DNA of 64,000 bases. It comes from an uncultured Actinomycetota bacterium (GTDB lineage Bacteria > Actinomycetota > Actinomycetes > Actinomycetales > Dermatophilaceae). Location of the stretch: the NCBI GenBank assembly GCA_963695175.1, contig CAVOGG010000006.1, positions 38,052 through 102,051 on the forward strand, written 5' to 3'. The translations under genes were made by a program, and so were the position numbers. Below, one piece after another: positions 36,708 through 46,849 of this stretch (its first letter is position 1; the number at the start of each line of letters is the position of its first letter). Under the pieces are notes generated by a model that ran no database searches, was not told the origin of the DNA, and was given only the letters and a program-made list of their open reading frames with translations.

Positions 36708-38978
36708 ATGAGCTCACGCAACCCCCGCACCCGCGCCGAGGCCCGACAGGCCCAGGCGACCCAGTCACCCTCGGTCCGCTCCGGCGGATCCGACGGCTCG
36801 AACGGGTCAGGCGACGGCCGCGCCACGGCATCCCCGGGCCGTTCACGCGGCAGGAAGTGGGGGCTGCGGGCGCTGTGGACCGTGCTCGCGCTGGGCGTGC
36901 TCGGGCTGGTCGCGGTGGGGATCGCGTACGCCCGCATCCAGCCGCCGACCCCCAACGAGATGGCGACGGCGCAGGCCTCGATCGTCTACTACTCCGACGG
37001 CAAGACCGAGATGGCCCGGCTCTCCGATGCCGAGGGCAACCGCGAGTCGGTGCCCCTGAGCAAGGTGCCCGACCACATGCAGAAGGCGATGCTCGCGGCG
37101 GAGGACCAGAACTTCTACCAGAACAACGGCATCTCGCCCAGCGGCATCGCGCGGGCCGTCTTCGTGGCCATCAAGGGCGGGCAGGCCACCCAGGGCGGGT
37201 CGACGATCACCCAGCAGTACGTCAAGAACTACTTCCTCACGGCCGACCGCACGCTGTCGCGCAAGGCCCGCGAGATCCTGCTCGCGGTCAAGATCGACCA
37301 GCAGCAGACCAAGGACCAGATCCTCGAGAACTACCTCAACACCATCTACTACGGTCGCGGCGCGTACGGCATCCAGACCGCGTCGAAGGCGTACTTCAAC
37401 AAGGACGTGTCGAAGCTCACCCCCGCCGAGAGCGCGTTCCTGGCGTCCGTCATCCGCGGGCCCTCGCTCTACGACCCCGCCCTGGGTGACAAGCAGGAGG
37501 CCAACGCCAAGGAGCGCTCGGGCTTCATCCTCGACGCCATGGTGAGCAAGGGCTGGCTGTCACCGCAGGAGCGCGCCGACGCCACGTTCCCCGAGTTCCA
37601 GAAGTACCGGCCGCGCACCCAGAGCGGGCCCACCGGCTACCTCACCCAGATGGTGAAGAACGAGGTCGTCGACAAGTACAAGATCCCGCAGGCCGACCTC
37701 GACCGCGGTGGCTACCGCATCGTCTCGACCGTCGACAAGGCCAAGCAGGCCGACATGGTCGCGGCGGTCAAGAAGGAGCGCCCCGAGGACACCCCGTCGG
37801 TGCACGTCGGCATGGCCTCGATCCTGCCGGGCAACGGCGCGATCGTCGCGCTCTACGGTGGCGAGGACTACATGAAGCGCCAGCAGAACGCCGCCACCCA
37901 GGACAAGATGCAGGCCGGGTCGACGTTCAAGATCTTCACGCTGATCGCCGCGCTGCAGTCCGGCGACTTCAGCCTGAACTCGCGCCTGAGCGGCGCCAGC
38001 CCGCAGTACTTCGAGGAGTTCGCCGACCCCGGCGCCCCCACGGCCAGCGGGCGCCGCGGCCGCGTGAAGAACTTCGGCAACGAGTCGTTCGGCAACATCG
38101 ACCTGCGCAAGGCGACCGGCAGCTCGGTCAACACCGTCTACGCGGCCCTGAACATCGACGCCGGCCCGAAGAAGTCGAGCAAGGCGGCCAAGGATGCCGG
38201 CGTGCGCAGCCCGCTCGAGCCGAACATGGCCAACGTGCTCGGCACCGACTACGTCACCGTGCTCGACATGGCCACCGCCTACGCGACGATCGCCGCCGAG
38301 GGCGTGCGGGCGAACCCGTACATCGTCAAGGAGATCCGTTTCCAGGACAAGAGCGTGCCGAAGATCAAGGCCAAGGTGGTCAAGCAGCAGGTCTTCGACA
38401 AGGACCTGATGAGCGACGTCATCGACGCGATGACCTACCCGGTCGAGGGCGGCACCGCCCGCTACGTCGGCCGCAACCTGGACCGCCCCGCTGCCGGCAA
38501 GACCGGCACCTCCGAGAGCTTCCGCTCGGCGTGGTTCAACGGCTACGTCCCCCAGCTCGAGACGGCCGTCGGCCTCTACCGCAGCGGCAAGGGCGGCAAG
38601 GAGCTGCCCATGGAGAACCTGCCCAACGCCGGCAACATCACCGGTGGCACCTACCCGGCCCGGATCTGGACCGCCTACATGAAGGCGGCCCTCGACGGCA
38701 CCAAGGTGGTCAAGTTCCCGAAGCCGGCCGGCATCAACAAGAACGCCGACCCGCCGCCGCCCCCGCCGCCGACGACGACCCGGGTGCCGCAGCAGACGAC
38801 GACGACCAAGGCGCCGCCGACCACCAGTGCGCCGCCGCCGTCCACGACGAGCGCGCCGCCCACGCCCACCCGTACCCAGGGCCCCCCGTCGCCGCGGCCG
38901 TCGCGCACCCGCACCAACGGCCCACCGCGGCCGCCGACCCCGACGGCCACGCCGGTGGTGCCACCGCCGGGCGGCTGA
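36708..38978 (+). CDS. ponA: Class A penicillin-binding protein (transglycosylase/transpeptidase)
   Basis: AEDQNFY, GGSTITQQYVK, LSRKAREI, YLNTIYYGRGAYG; GSTFK (SxxK), SVN, KTG motifs; Pro/Thr-rich tail. Confidence 0.95.
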   Translation: MSSRNPRTRAEARQAQATQSPSVRSGGSDGSNGSGDGRATASPGRSRGRKWGLRALWTVLALGVLGLVAVGIAYARIQPPTPNEMATAQASIVYYSDGKTEMARLSDAEGNRESVPLSKVPDHMQKAMLAAEDQNFYQNNGISPSGIARAVFVAIKGGQATQGGSTITQQYVKNYFLTADRTLSRKAREILLAVKIDQQQTKDQILENYLNTIYYGRGAYGIQTASKAYFNKDVSKLTPAESAFLASVIRGPSLYDPALGDKQEANAKERSGFILDAMVSKGWLSPQERADATFPEFQKYRPRTQSGPTGYLTQMVKNEVVDKYKIPQADLDRGGYRIVSTVDKAKQADMVAAVKKERPEDTPSVHVGMASILPGNGAIVALYGGEDYMKRQQNAATQDKMQAGSTFKIFTLIAALQSGDFSLNSRLSGASPQYFEEFADPGAPTASGRRGRVKNFGNESFGNIDLRKATGSSVNTVYAALNIDAGPKKSSKAAKDAGVRSPLEPNMANVLGTDYVTVLDMATAYATIAAEGVRANPYIVKEIRFQDKSVPKIKAKVVKQQVFDKDLMSDVIDAMTYPVEGGTARYVGRNLDRPAAGKTGTSESFRSAWFNGYVPQLETAVGLYRSGKGGKELPMENLPNAGNITGGTYPARIWTAYMKAALDGTKVVKFPKPAGINKNADPPPPPPPTTTRVPQQTTTTKAPPTTSAPPPSTTSAPPTPTRTQGPPSPRPSRTRTNGPPRPPTPTATPVVPPPGG

Positions 38979-39006
38979 GCGCCGACCCGCGGTTAGGGTG
39001 CCAGCC

Positions 39007-40359
39007 GTGGACGACGTGCGTGACCCCGTGCTGCCGCCGGCCCTGAGCGCGCCGGTCGGTGGCCCGGGCGGGCGACGCCTTCGCGTGGTCGAGCGAGGGC
39101 CGCTGGCCCGGCTCGCCCCGGTGGTGCTGCTGCTGGCGCTGCCCCTGTCGGTCGCGGCCCTGCGCCAGGCCGGTTGCCTGGCACAGGGCTGGGGCGGCGA
39201 CCTCCCGGTGTGGCGGCAGTGCTCCGCGCCGGTGGTGCAGGCGGTGGGCGCCGGCGGCCCCGGCGGTGGGCTCGCGGCCTGGCTCGGGAGCGGGCTGCGC
39301 CCGGCCCAGCCGGTGCTCTCCGGTGCGGTGACCTCGGCGCTCTCGCGCATCGCGCCCGGTGTCGCGACCGGTCACCAGCAGTGGTTCCTCGCCCTGTGGG
39401 TGCTGCTCTCGGCGGCGGTGCTCGCCGGGCTGGTCGTCGCCGTGGGCACGGTGCGCCGGCACCCGGATGCCGACCCCGTGGCGCTCGCGCTCTCACCGGT
39501 GCTGGCGCTGACCGTGTTCCGGTCCACCGACCTGCTGCCCCTGGCCCTGGCCGTGGTGGCGCTGTGGGCGTGGAGCCGTGACCGGGAGCGGCTGGCCGGG
39601 GTGCTGGGCGGCCTCGCGGTGCTGGCCGGGCCGCTCTCGGCCGTGGTGGTGCTGGCCATGCTCCTGGTGCCGAGGCCCGGCGGGCGCGACTCCGTCCGCC
39701 GCCTGCTGGTGACCACGGCGGTCACGGTCGCGGCCGTCGCGGTCCCGGTCGCCCTCGTGGATGCCGGTGTGCTCACCGCCCCGTGGCGGTCCTGGGCCCG
39801 CGGCGGCGCCGGGCCGGGCTCGCCCTGGTACCTGTTCACGATGGCCGGGTTCCCGGTCGGCGCCCGCCAGGTGGCGCTCATCGCCGCGCTCGGCATCCTG
39901 CTCGCTGTCGTCCTGAGCGTGCTGCTGGCCCGCCGCCGGCCGCGTCCGGTGGTGGCCGCCGTCGCGCTGGTGGGCCTGTGCGCGGCGCTGTCGACCGCGG
40001 CGTCGTTCCAGCCGTGGGCCGCCCTGTGGCTGGTGCCGTTCGTCGCCCTGGTCGGCATCGGCTGGCGCGACCACCTGCTCTGGGCCGGTGCCGAGGCCGT
40101 GCACGCCGTCGCGATGTACGGCTACCTCGACTACCTCGTCGACCCGGCGCACGGGCTGCCGCCCGGGTGGTACTCCGCCGCGCTGCTGCTGCGGCTGGCT
40201 GCGGTGGCCTGGCTCGCCCGCCAGGCCTGGGCGCGCGCGAGTTGGGGGGATGCCGCCCCGGCCGGTACCCTGTGGAAGTTGCCCTCAGTGCGCCCTGTGG
40301 AAAACTCCACGGGCGATGTGGGCAGCAATGCATACCCTCCTGTCACGGAGAGACCGTGA
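39007..40359 (+). CDS. Polytopic membrane protein, GT87/DUF2029-like glycosyltransferase
   Basis: Multiple TM helices, WLVPFVAL-type motif, conserved position between ponA and rpsF; divergent sequence. Confidence 0.6.
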   Translation: MDDVRDPVLPPALSAPVGGPGGRRLRVVERGPLARLAPVVLLLALPLSVAALRQAGCLAQGWGGDLPVWRQCSAPVVQAVGAGGPGGGLAAWLGSGLRPAQPVLSGAVTSALSRIAPGVATGHQQWFLALWVLLSAAVLAGLVVAVGTVRRHPDADPVALALSPVLALTVFRSTDLLPLALAVVALWAWSRDRERLAGVLGGLAVLAGPLSAVVVLAMLLVPRPGGRDSVRRLLVTTAVTVAAVAVPVALVDAGVLTAPWRSWARGGAGPGSPWYLFTMAGFPVGARQVALIAALGILLAVVLSVLLARRRPRPVVAAVALVGLCAALSTAASFQPWAALWLVPFVALVGIGWRDHLLWAGAEAVHAVAMYGYLDYLVDPAHGLPPGWYSAALLLRLAAVAWLARQAWARASWGDAAPAGTLWKLPSVRPVENSTGDVGSNAYPPVTERP

Positions 40360-40379
40360 CCGCCACAGACCAAAGGAGG
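40335..40379 (+). promoter_or_regulatory. rpsF leader: candidate S6:S18 autoregulatory RNA element
   Basis: CCTCCT (40336-41) can pair with the AGGAGG SD (40374-79), enclosing hairpin GTCACGG-AGAGA-CCGTGAC followed by CCG, the architecture described for this element. Confidence 0.6.
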
Positions 40380-40390
40380 CGGGTTAACGC

Positions 40391-40678
40391 ATGCGTCAGT
40401 ACGAACTCATGGTCATCCTCGACCCAGAGCTCGACGACCGGACGGTTCAGCCGTCGCTGGAGCGGTTCCTCAAGGTCGTGACCACCGATGGTGGGTCCGT
40501 CGACAACGTCGACATCTGGGGCCGCCGTCGTCTGGCCTACGAGATCAAGAAGAAGTCCGAGGGCATCTACGCCGTCGTCAACTTCACCTCCGAGCCGGCC
40601 ACGGCCAAGGAGCTGGACCGCCAGCTCGGCCTCAACGAGTCGGTCATGCGGACCAAGCTCATGCGCCCCGGCGCCTGA
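40391..40678 (+). CDS. rpsF: 30S ribosomal protein S6
   Basis: [33 protein letters not shown]. Confidence 0.98.
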   Translation: MRQYELMVILDPELDDRTVQPSLERFLKVVTTDGGSVDNVDIWGRRRLAYEIKKKSEGIYAVVNFTSEPATAKELDRQLGLNESVMRTKLMRPGA

Positions 40679-40732
40679 GCCACGTCCACACCGCACACCT
40701 CGGAACGGGACTAGAAGGAGCCACCTGACCCC

Positions 40733-41309
40733 ATGGCAGGCGAAACCACCATCACCATCGTCGGCAACCTGACCGCCGACCCCGAGCTCCGGTTCACCCC
40801 CTCGGGGGCCGCCGTCGCGAACTTCACCGTGGCCTCCACGCCGCGCACGTTCGACCGGCAGTCCAACGAGTGGAAGGACGGGGAGACCCTCTTCATGCGC
40901 TGCTCGATCTGGCGCGACGCGGCCGAGAACATCGCCGAGTCGCTCCACCGGGGCACGCGGGTGATCGCGACGGGGCGGCTGAAGTCGCGCTCGTACGACA
41001 CCAAGGAGGGCGAGAAGCGCACCGTCATCGAGCTCGACGTCGACGAGGTCGGCCCGTCGCTGCGCTACGCGTCCGCGAAGGTCACCAAGGCCGAGCGCGG
41101 CGGTTCCGGTGGTGGCTTCGGTGGCCAGGGGGGCGGCCAGCAGGCTGCCGACCCGTGGGCCACCGGTGGCTCCGCGCCGGCTCCCCAGCAGGGTGGTCAG
41201 GGCGGGTGGGGTGGCCAGCAGGCCGCTCCGCAGCAGCCCGCCGCAGCCGCAGGGTGGCCAGCAGGGTGGCTGGGGCCAGGCCCCCAGCTACGACGAGCCC
41301 CCCTTCTGA
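40733..41309 (+). CDS. ssb: Single-stranded DNA-binding protein; frameshift near 41240
   Basis: [22 protein letters not shown] fold; the true acidic C-terminus SYDEPPF* is in the 41109-41309 frame. Confidence 0.95.
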
Positions 41310-41434
41310 CCGAACCGATTCCCGGGGGCCCGCGACCAGCACGGGAGCGGACCACCTCCACCACTGAACGACACCATCCCTGGGAGACCAGGGCTCATCC
41401 GCCGGGACAGCTCCGGCAGAAGGAGAGCACCACG

Positions 41435-41671
41435 ATGGCCAAGCCCGCCATTCGCAAGCCCAAGAAGAAGGCCAACCCGCTCAAGGCGGCGAAGGTCGAG
41501 AACATCGACTACAAGGACGCCGCCCTGCTGCGCAAGTTCATCTCCGACCGCGGCAAGATCCGCGCGCGTCGGGTCACCGGTGTGACCGTGCAGGAGCAGC
41601 GCCTCATCGCCAATGCCGTCAAGAACGCGCGCGAGATGGCCCTGCTGCCGTACTCGAGCTCGTCCCGCTGA
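41435..41671 (+). CDS. rpsR: 30S ribosomal protein S18
   Basis: AAGGAG RBS; IDYKD...[15 protein letters not shown]...AREMALLPY. Confidence 0.97.
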   Translation: MAKPAIRKPKKKANPLKAAKVENIDYKDAALLRKFISDRGKIRARRVTGVTVQEQRLIANAVKNAREMALLPYSSSSR

Positions 41672-41770
41672 CTTCACCCCACGAAGTTCGCCCACGCGAA
41701 GCGTGGGACCCGCACTCGTTCCTGCTGGGTTGGCAGGACCGATGCGGGCGTCTACAGAAGGACGTAACAC

Positions 41771-42217
41771 ATGAAGGTCATCCTCACCCACGAGGTCACC
41801 GGCCTCGGCACCGCCGGTGACGTCGTCGACGTCAAGGACGGCTACGCCCGCAACTTCCTCTTCCGTCGCGGTCTCGCGACGGCGTGGACCAAGGGCGGCC
41901 AGAAGCAGGTCGACGCCATCGCCAAGGGCCGCGAGGTCCGCGAGGTGAAGTCGCTCGAAGAGGCGAAGTCCATCAAGGGCAACCTCGAGTCCAAGGCCGT
42001 CACGGTCGCCGCGCACGCCGGCAAGAGCGGTCGCCTCTTCGGCGCCGTCTCCACCGCCGACATCGCCGACGCCGTCAAGGCCGCCGGCGGCCCGTCGCTC
42101 GACAAGCGCAAGATCGAGGTCCCGACCCCGATCAAGACCACCGGCACGCACTCCGCCCTGGTGCGCCTCCACCCCGAGGTGCAGGCGACCGTCGAGCTCG
42201 ACGTCGTCGCCGGCTGA
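41771..42217 (+). CDS. rplI: 50S ribosomal protein L9
   Basis: [32 protein letters not shown]. Confidence 0.98.
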   Translation: MKVILTHEVTGLGTAGDVVDVKDGYARNFLFRRGLATAWTKGGQKQVDAIAKGREVREVKSLEEAKSIKGNLESKAVTVAAHAGKSGRLFGAVSTADIADAVKAAGGPSLDKRKIEVPTPIKTTGTHSALVRLHPEVQATVELDVVAG

Positions 42218-42231
42218 TCCAGCCGTAGCGC

Positions 42232-42271
42232 CACGAGGCCCCCGCACCGGCAACGGTGCGGGGGCCTCGTG
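42232..42271 (+). terminator. Terminator hairpin of the rpsF operon
   Basis: 18-bp perfect stem with GCAA tetraloop right after the rplI stop. Confidence 0.8.
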
Positions 42272-42316
42272 CGTCGGTCACCGACGCTGTCGGTGCGGCG
42301 ACATACCTTGGGCGCC

Positions 42317-43714
42317 ATGGCCACCGCAGCGAGACGCAGCACCCGCACGAGCGCGACCTTCCGCTGCACCGAGTGCGGGTGGCAGGCCGTGAAGTGGGTC
42401 GGGCGCTGCGGCGAGTGCCAGGCCTGGGGCAGCGTGTCCGAGGTCGGGGCGGCCACCGTGCGCACCACCGCCGCCACGGCCGTCGAGCGTCCCGCCATCC
42501 CGATCGGCGAGGTCGACGTCCGGCGCGCGGTCGCCCGGCCCACCGGGGTGCCCGAGTTCGACCGGGTGCTCGGCGGCGGCATCGTGCCCGGCGCCGTCGT
42601 GCTCGTGGCCGGCGAGCCCGGCATCGGCAAGTCCACGCTGCTGCTCGACGTCGCCGCCCGGGCGGCCCGGTCCGGCGAGCAGGGCGAGCGGCGGGTGCTC
42701 TACGTCAGCGGCGAGGAGTCCGCGGCGCAGGTGCGCACGCGTGCCGAGCGCATCGAGGCGATGGCGCGCACCCTCTACCTGGCCAGCGAGACCGACCTCG
42801 CCACGGTGCTCGGCCAGATCGACGCCCTCGACCCCGAGCTCGTCGTCGTCGACTCGGTGCAGACCATCAGCAGCGCCGAGGTCGAGGGCTCGGCCGGCAA
42901 CGTCAGCCAGGTCCGCGAGGTCGCCGCGTCGCTGATCCAGGTGGCCAAGGCGCGCGGCATCGCCGTGCTGCTCGTCGGGCACGTCACCAAGGACGGCTCG
43001 ATCGCCGGGCCCCGGGTGCTCGAGCACCTCGTCGATGTCGTCGTGCAGTTCGAGGGCGACCGGCACTCGCGTCTGCGGCTGGTGCGGGCGGTCAAGAACC
43101 GCTACGGCCCCACCGACGAGGTCGGCTGCTTCGACCTGTCCGACATCGGCATCGTGGGGCTCACCGACCCCAGCGGGCTGTTCCTGTCCGGACGCACCAC
43201 CGAGGTCGCCGGCACCTGCGTCACGGTCACCCTCGAGGGGCGCCGCCCGCTGGTCACCGAGGTGCAGGCCCTGGTCACCAAGTCCACCCTCGCCACGCCC
43301 CGCCGGGCCACCTCCGGGCTCGACGCCGCCCGGGTCAACATGATCCTGGCCGTGCTCGACAAGCGGGCCAACGCCCCGATCGGCGGCAGCGACGCCTACC
43401 TGTCCACCGTCGGAGGCGTCCGCCTCACCGAGCCGGCCGCCGACCTCGCGATCAGCCTGGCCCTGGCCGGCGCCATCACCGAGCGGCCGCTGCCGCCCGG
43501 CACCATCGCCTTCGGTGAGGTCGGCCTGGCCGGCGAGATCCGGCCGGTCACCGGGGCCCACCGCCGGCTCGCCGAGGCGCACCGCCTCGGCTTCACCCGG
43601 GCCGTCGTGCCGCCCGGAGTCCTCGGCGGCGGGCCGGTGCCGGTCGGCATCCGGGTGCTCGAGGCCGACACGGTGGCGCAGGCCGTCACCCGTGCCCTGC
43701 ACCAGGCCGGCTGA
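42317..43714 (+). CDS. radA: DNA repair protein RadA/Sms
   Basis: CTECG...WVGRCGEC zinc finger, GEPGIGKSTLL, SGEES, VDSVQT, KNRYG motif. Confidence 0.97.
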   Translation: MATAARRSTRTSATFRCTECGWQAVKWVGRCGECQAWGSVSEVGAATVRTTAATAVERPAIPIGEVDVRRAVARPTGVPEFDRVLGGGIVPGAVVLVAGEPGIGKSTLLLDVAARAARSGEQGERRVLYVSGEESAAQVRTRAERIEAMARTLYLASETDLATVLGQIDALDPELVVVDSVQTISSAEVEGSAGNVSQVREVAASLIQVAKARGIAVLLVGHVTKDGSIAGPRVLEHLVDVVVQFEGDRHSRLRLVRAVKNRYGPTDEVGCFDLSDIGIVGLTDPSGLFLSGRTTEVAGTCVTVTLEGRRPLVTEVQALVTKSTLATPRRATSGLDAARVNMILAVLDKRANAPIGGSDAYLSTVGGVRLTEPAADLAISLALAGAITERPLPPGTIAFGEVGLAGEIRPVTGAHRRLAEAHRLGFTRAVVPPGVLGGGPVPVGIRVLEADTVAQAVTRALHQAG

Positions 43715-43897
43715 GCCTGCCGGCGGTCCCGGCGGTCGGAACCGGCTGCATTTGGCCGCCTCCGCCGCCAGTCGCACCTGCGTGAGTCTGCGAGAACTCG
43801 CACCCCGGAGCGCGCAGCGCCGTGCGGCGGCGCCCCGATAGGATGCCCTCACTGGCCGTGGACTCCCGGCCCGGGGACCCATACCGACGGAGGCGAT

Positions 43898-44980
43898 GTG
43901 CCCACCCTGCAGAGCGACGACGAGCTCGTGCGCGCCACGCTCGCCGCGGTCGCTCCGGGCACCGAGCTGCGCGACGGCCTCGAGCGGATCCTGCGCGGCC
44001 GCACCGGTGCCCTGATCGTGCTCGGCAACGACAAGGTCGTCGAGACGGTGTCCACCGGTGGCTTCCCGCTCGACATCGAGTTCTCCGCCACGCGCCTGCG
44101 CGAGCTGGCGAAGATGGACGGCGGCATCGTCTGCGACCGCGAGGTCACCCGCATCCTGCGCGCCGCCACCCAGCTGGTGCCCGACCCCCGCATCGAGACC
44201 AGCGAGTCGGGCACCCGGCACCGCACCGCCGAGCGGGTGGCCAAGCAGACCGGCTTCCCGGTCATCTCGGTGAGCCAGTCGATGCGCATCATCGCCCTCT
44301 ACATCGCCGGTCGGCGGGTCGTGCTCGAGGACTCCAGCGCCATCCTGTCGCGCGCCAACCAGGCCCTGCAGACCCTCGAGCGCTACAAGTCGCGCCTCGA
44401 CGAGGTCACCGGCACGCTGTCGGCGCTGGAGATCGAGGACCTCGTCACCGTGCGCGACGTCGCCAACGTGCTGCAGCGCCTCGAGATGGTGCGGCGCATC
44501 AAGGACGAGATCGCCGAGTACGTCGTGCAGCTCGGCACCGACGGCCGGCTGCTCAGCCTCCAGCTCGAGGAGCTCACCGGCGGCCTGTCCGACGACCTCG
44601 GCCTGGTCATCCGCGACTACCTGCCCGAGGCCAAGGCCGCCTTCTCGCTCGAGGAGGCCATCGCCAACCTCGAGGCCATCGACTCCACCGAGCTGCTCGA
44701 CCCCGCCGCCGGCGCCCGGGCCATCGGCTTCACCATCGTCGGCGACTCGCTCGACTCCTCGGTCAGCCCGCTCGGTCACCGCCTGCTGAGCAAGGTGCCG
44801 CGCCTGCCCGGAGCCATCGTCGACCGGCTGGTCTCGCACTTCGGCAGCCTGCAGAAGCTGCTCGCGGCCAACATCGACGACCTGATGGACGTCGACGGCG
44901 TCGGTGAGGGCCGGGCCCGCCTGGTGCGCGAGGGCCTGTCCCGGCTGGCCGAGTCGAGCATCCTCGAGCGCTACGTCTGA
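43898..44980 (+). CDS. disA: DNA integrity scanning diadenylate cyclase DisA
   Basis: LRELAKMDGG and GTRHRTAERV DAC motifs, C-terminal HhH (VDGVGEGRAR); conserved radA-disA pair. Confidence 0.96.
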   Translation: MPTLQSDDELVRATLAAVAPGTELRDGLERILRGRTGALIVLGNDKVVETVSTGGFPLDIEFSATRLRELAKMDGGIVCDREVTRILRAATQLVPDPRIETSESGTRHRTAERVAKQTGFPVISVSQSMRIIALYIAGRRVVLEDSSAILSRANQALQTLERYKSRLDEVTGTLSALEIEDLVTVRDVANVLQRLEMVRRIKDEIAEYVVQLGTDGRLLSLQLEELTGGLSDDLGLVIRDYLPEAKAAFSLEEAIANLEAIDSTELLDPAAGARAIGFTIVGDSLDSSVSPLGHRLLSKVPRLPGAIVDRLVSHFGSLQKLLAANIDDLMDVDGVGEGRARLVREGLSRLAESSILERYV

Positions 44981-44992
44981 CCCGCACTCGCC

Positions 44993-45873
44993 GTGCCCGA
45001 GCGTTCCCTGCTGCGCGAGCGCGTGCTCGACTGGTACGCCGACAACGCCCGCCCGCTGCCGTGGCGCGACCCCTCGTGCTCGCCGTGGGGGGTGCTGGTC
45101 TCCGAGATCATGTCCCACCAGACCCCGGTGGCCCGGGTCGAACCGGTGTGGCGGGAGTGGATGCAGCGCTGGCCCACCCCCGCCGACCTCGCGGCCGAGT
45201 CGCCCGGCGAGGTGGTGCGCGCGTGGGGCCGGCTGGGCTACCCGCGGCGGGCGCTGCGGCTGCGCGAGGCCGCGGTCGCCATCGTCGAACGGCACGGGGG
45301 TACGGTGCCCGATGCCGAGGACGCGCTGCGGGCGCTGCCCGGCGTGGGTGCCTACACGGCGGCCGCCGTGGCGGCCTTCGCCTTCGGGCGGCGCAGTGTC
45401 GTCGTCGACACCAACGTGCGGCGGGTGCTGGTGCGCGCGGTCGAGGGCCGTGAGCACGCCGCACCGGCGCTGACGGCGGCCGAGTCGGCGCTCGCGGCAT
45501 CCCTCGTGCCCGACGACCACGGCCACCTCGGCCACCTGGAACGTCGCGGTGATGGAGCTCGGTGCGCTCGTCTGCTCGGCTCGTGCGCCCCGCTGCGAGC
45601 AGTGCCCGGTGCTCGACCTGTGCGCCTGGGTGGCCGCCGGCCGCCCCGCCCACGAGGGCCCGCCCCGCCGCGGCCAGGCGTGGCACGGCACCGACCGCCA
45701 GGTGCGCGGTGGCGCTGCTGCAGCTGCTCCGCGAGAGCTCGGGACCGGTGGCCCGGGCGTCGCTCGAGGCGGCCGGGCCCGACCCGGCCCAGGTCGAGCG
45801 GTGCATCGCCTCGCTCGTCGAGGACGGCCTGCTCGAGCCGGCCGGGCGCGGCCGCTTCCGCCTGCCCACCTGA
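44993..45873 (+). CDS. mutY: A/G-specific adenine glycosylase; frameshifts near 45530 and 45710
   Basis: RPLPWR, VLVSEIM, LGYPRRA, LPGVGAYTA HhH, VDTNVRR; MELGALVC...C..CP...C Fe-S motif in the next frame. Confidence 0.9.
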
Positions 45874-46100
45874 CCGCGCCTCCCCGACTTCTCCGACCAG
45901 CGCCGGGCAACACGCCGGGGTCCGGCGAACTCGGCGGCGCTGCCCGCAGGGAAAGTGTGACGCGTTCGCGGGCTGGAAGGCGATGCGCCACGGTTCGCGG
46001 CCCCTATCACACTGAGGTCGGATGACCACCACCGCCAGGCCCGGGCCGGACGCCGACCGGATGCCGACGCCGCCGTCGGGAAGCGGAGACGCCACCGCCG

Positions 46101-46676
46101 ATGCCGGCGCACCGCACCCCCGAGGAGCTGACGGCCTTCGTGCCCCAGCTGCTCCACGCCCCGCGCGACGTCGGCACGCTGAAGCTGGTGGTGCGCCGAC
46201 CGGCTCCCGGGACGCGCGAGGTGCTCGACGAGGGCGAGCTCGACCTCGCGCTCGGGCTGGTCGGTGACGGCTGGTCGCAGCGACGCAGCAAGACCGCGCG
46301 CCCGACGGCGGGCCGCACCCCGACATGCAGCTCAACGTGATGAGCGCGCGGATGGTCGCGTTCCTCGCGGGCGACCCGGCAGCGCCGCCCGCTGGCCGGT
46401 GACCAGCTCTACCTCGACCTGGACCTCTCGCACGACAACCTGCCGGCCGGCACCCGCCTCACCATCGGCGAGCCGGAGGTGCGCGGTGCCGTCATCGAGG
46501 TGACCGAGGTGCCGCACACCGGGTGCGCCAAGTTCGTCGAGCGCTTCGGGGCCGACGCGATGCGGTTCGTCAACGGCCCGGTGGGCCGCCCGATGCGGCT
46601 GCGCGGCCTCAACGCCCGGGTCGTGGTGGCCGGACGGGTGCGACCCGGCGACCCGGTGACCGTGACCCGCGCCTGA
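46101..46676 (+). CDS. MOSC domain-containing protein; frameshifts near 46300-46390
   Basis: APRDVGTLKLVVRRP, LAGDQLYLDLDLS, EVPHTGCAKF...RGLNARVV spread over three frames. Confidence 0.8.
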
Positions 46677-46849
46677 CCAGGACCAGCAAACCGGCCCGCC
46701 CCCGGAGACGGGAGCGGGCCGGTCCTCCACCGGCGGCTGCAGGGGATGCTCGACCGGTTGGGCTGACCGCACCGCACCGCGGCGCCGTGCCGGGCTGGCG
46801 TCCAGCGAACTCGCGGCCGCTTCTCAGGGTGGCGGCATACAGTGCTGGC

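Noticed and set aside
38740-38978. Low-complexity CCG/ACG repeats
   Set aside because: Ordinary Pro/Thr-rich tail of an actinobacterial class A PBP.
40733-41671. Apparent SSB-S18 fusion ORF
   Set aside because: The SSB C-terminus DEPPF* is in another frame (ending 41309), and rpsR has its own RBS and ATG at 41435; this is an indel artefact.
42278-45991. Very long antisense ORFs (e.g. 42278-45991, 49799-51847, 6688-9315, 37560-39350)
   Set aside because: Shadow frames of real high-GC genes; no motifs or RBS.
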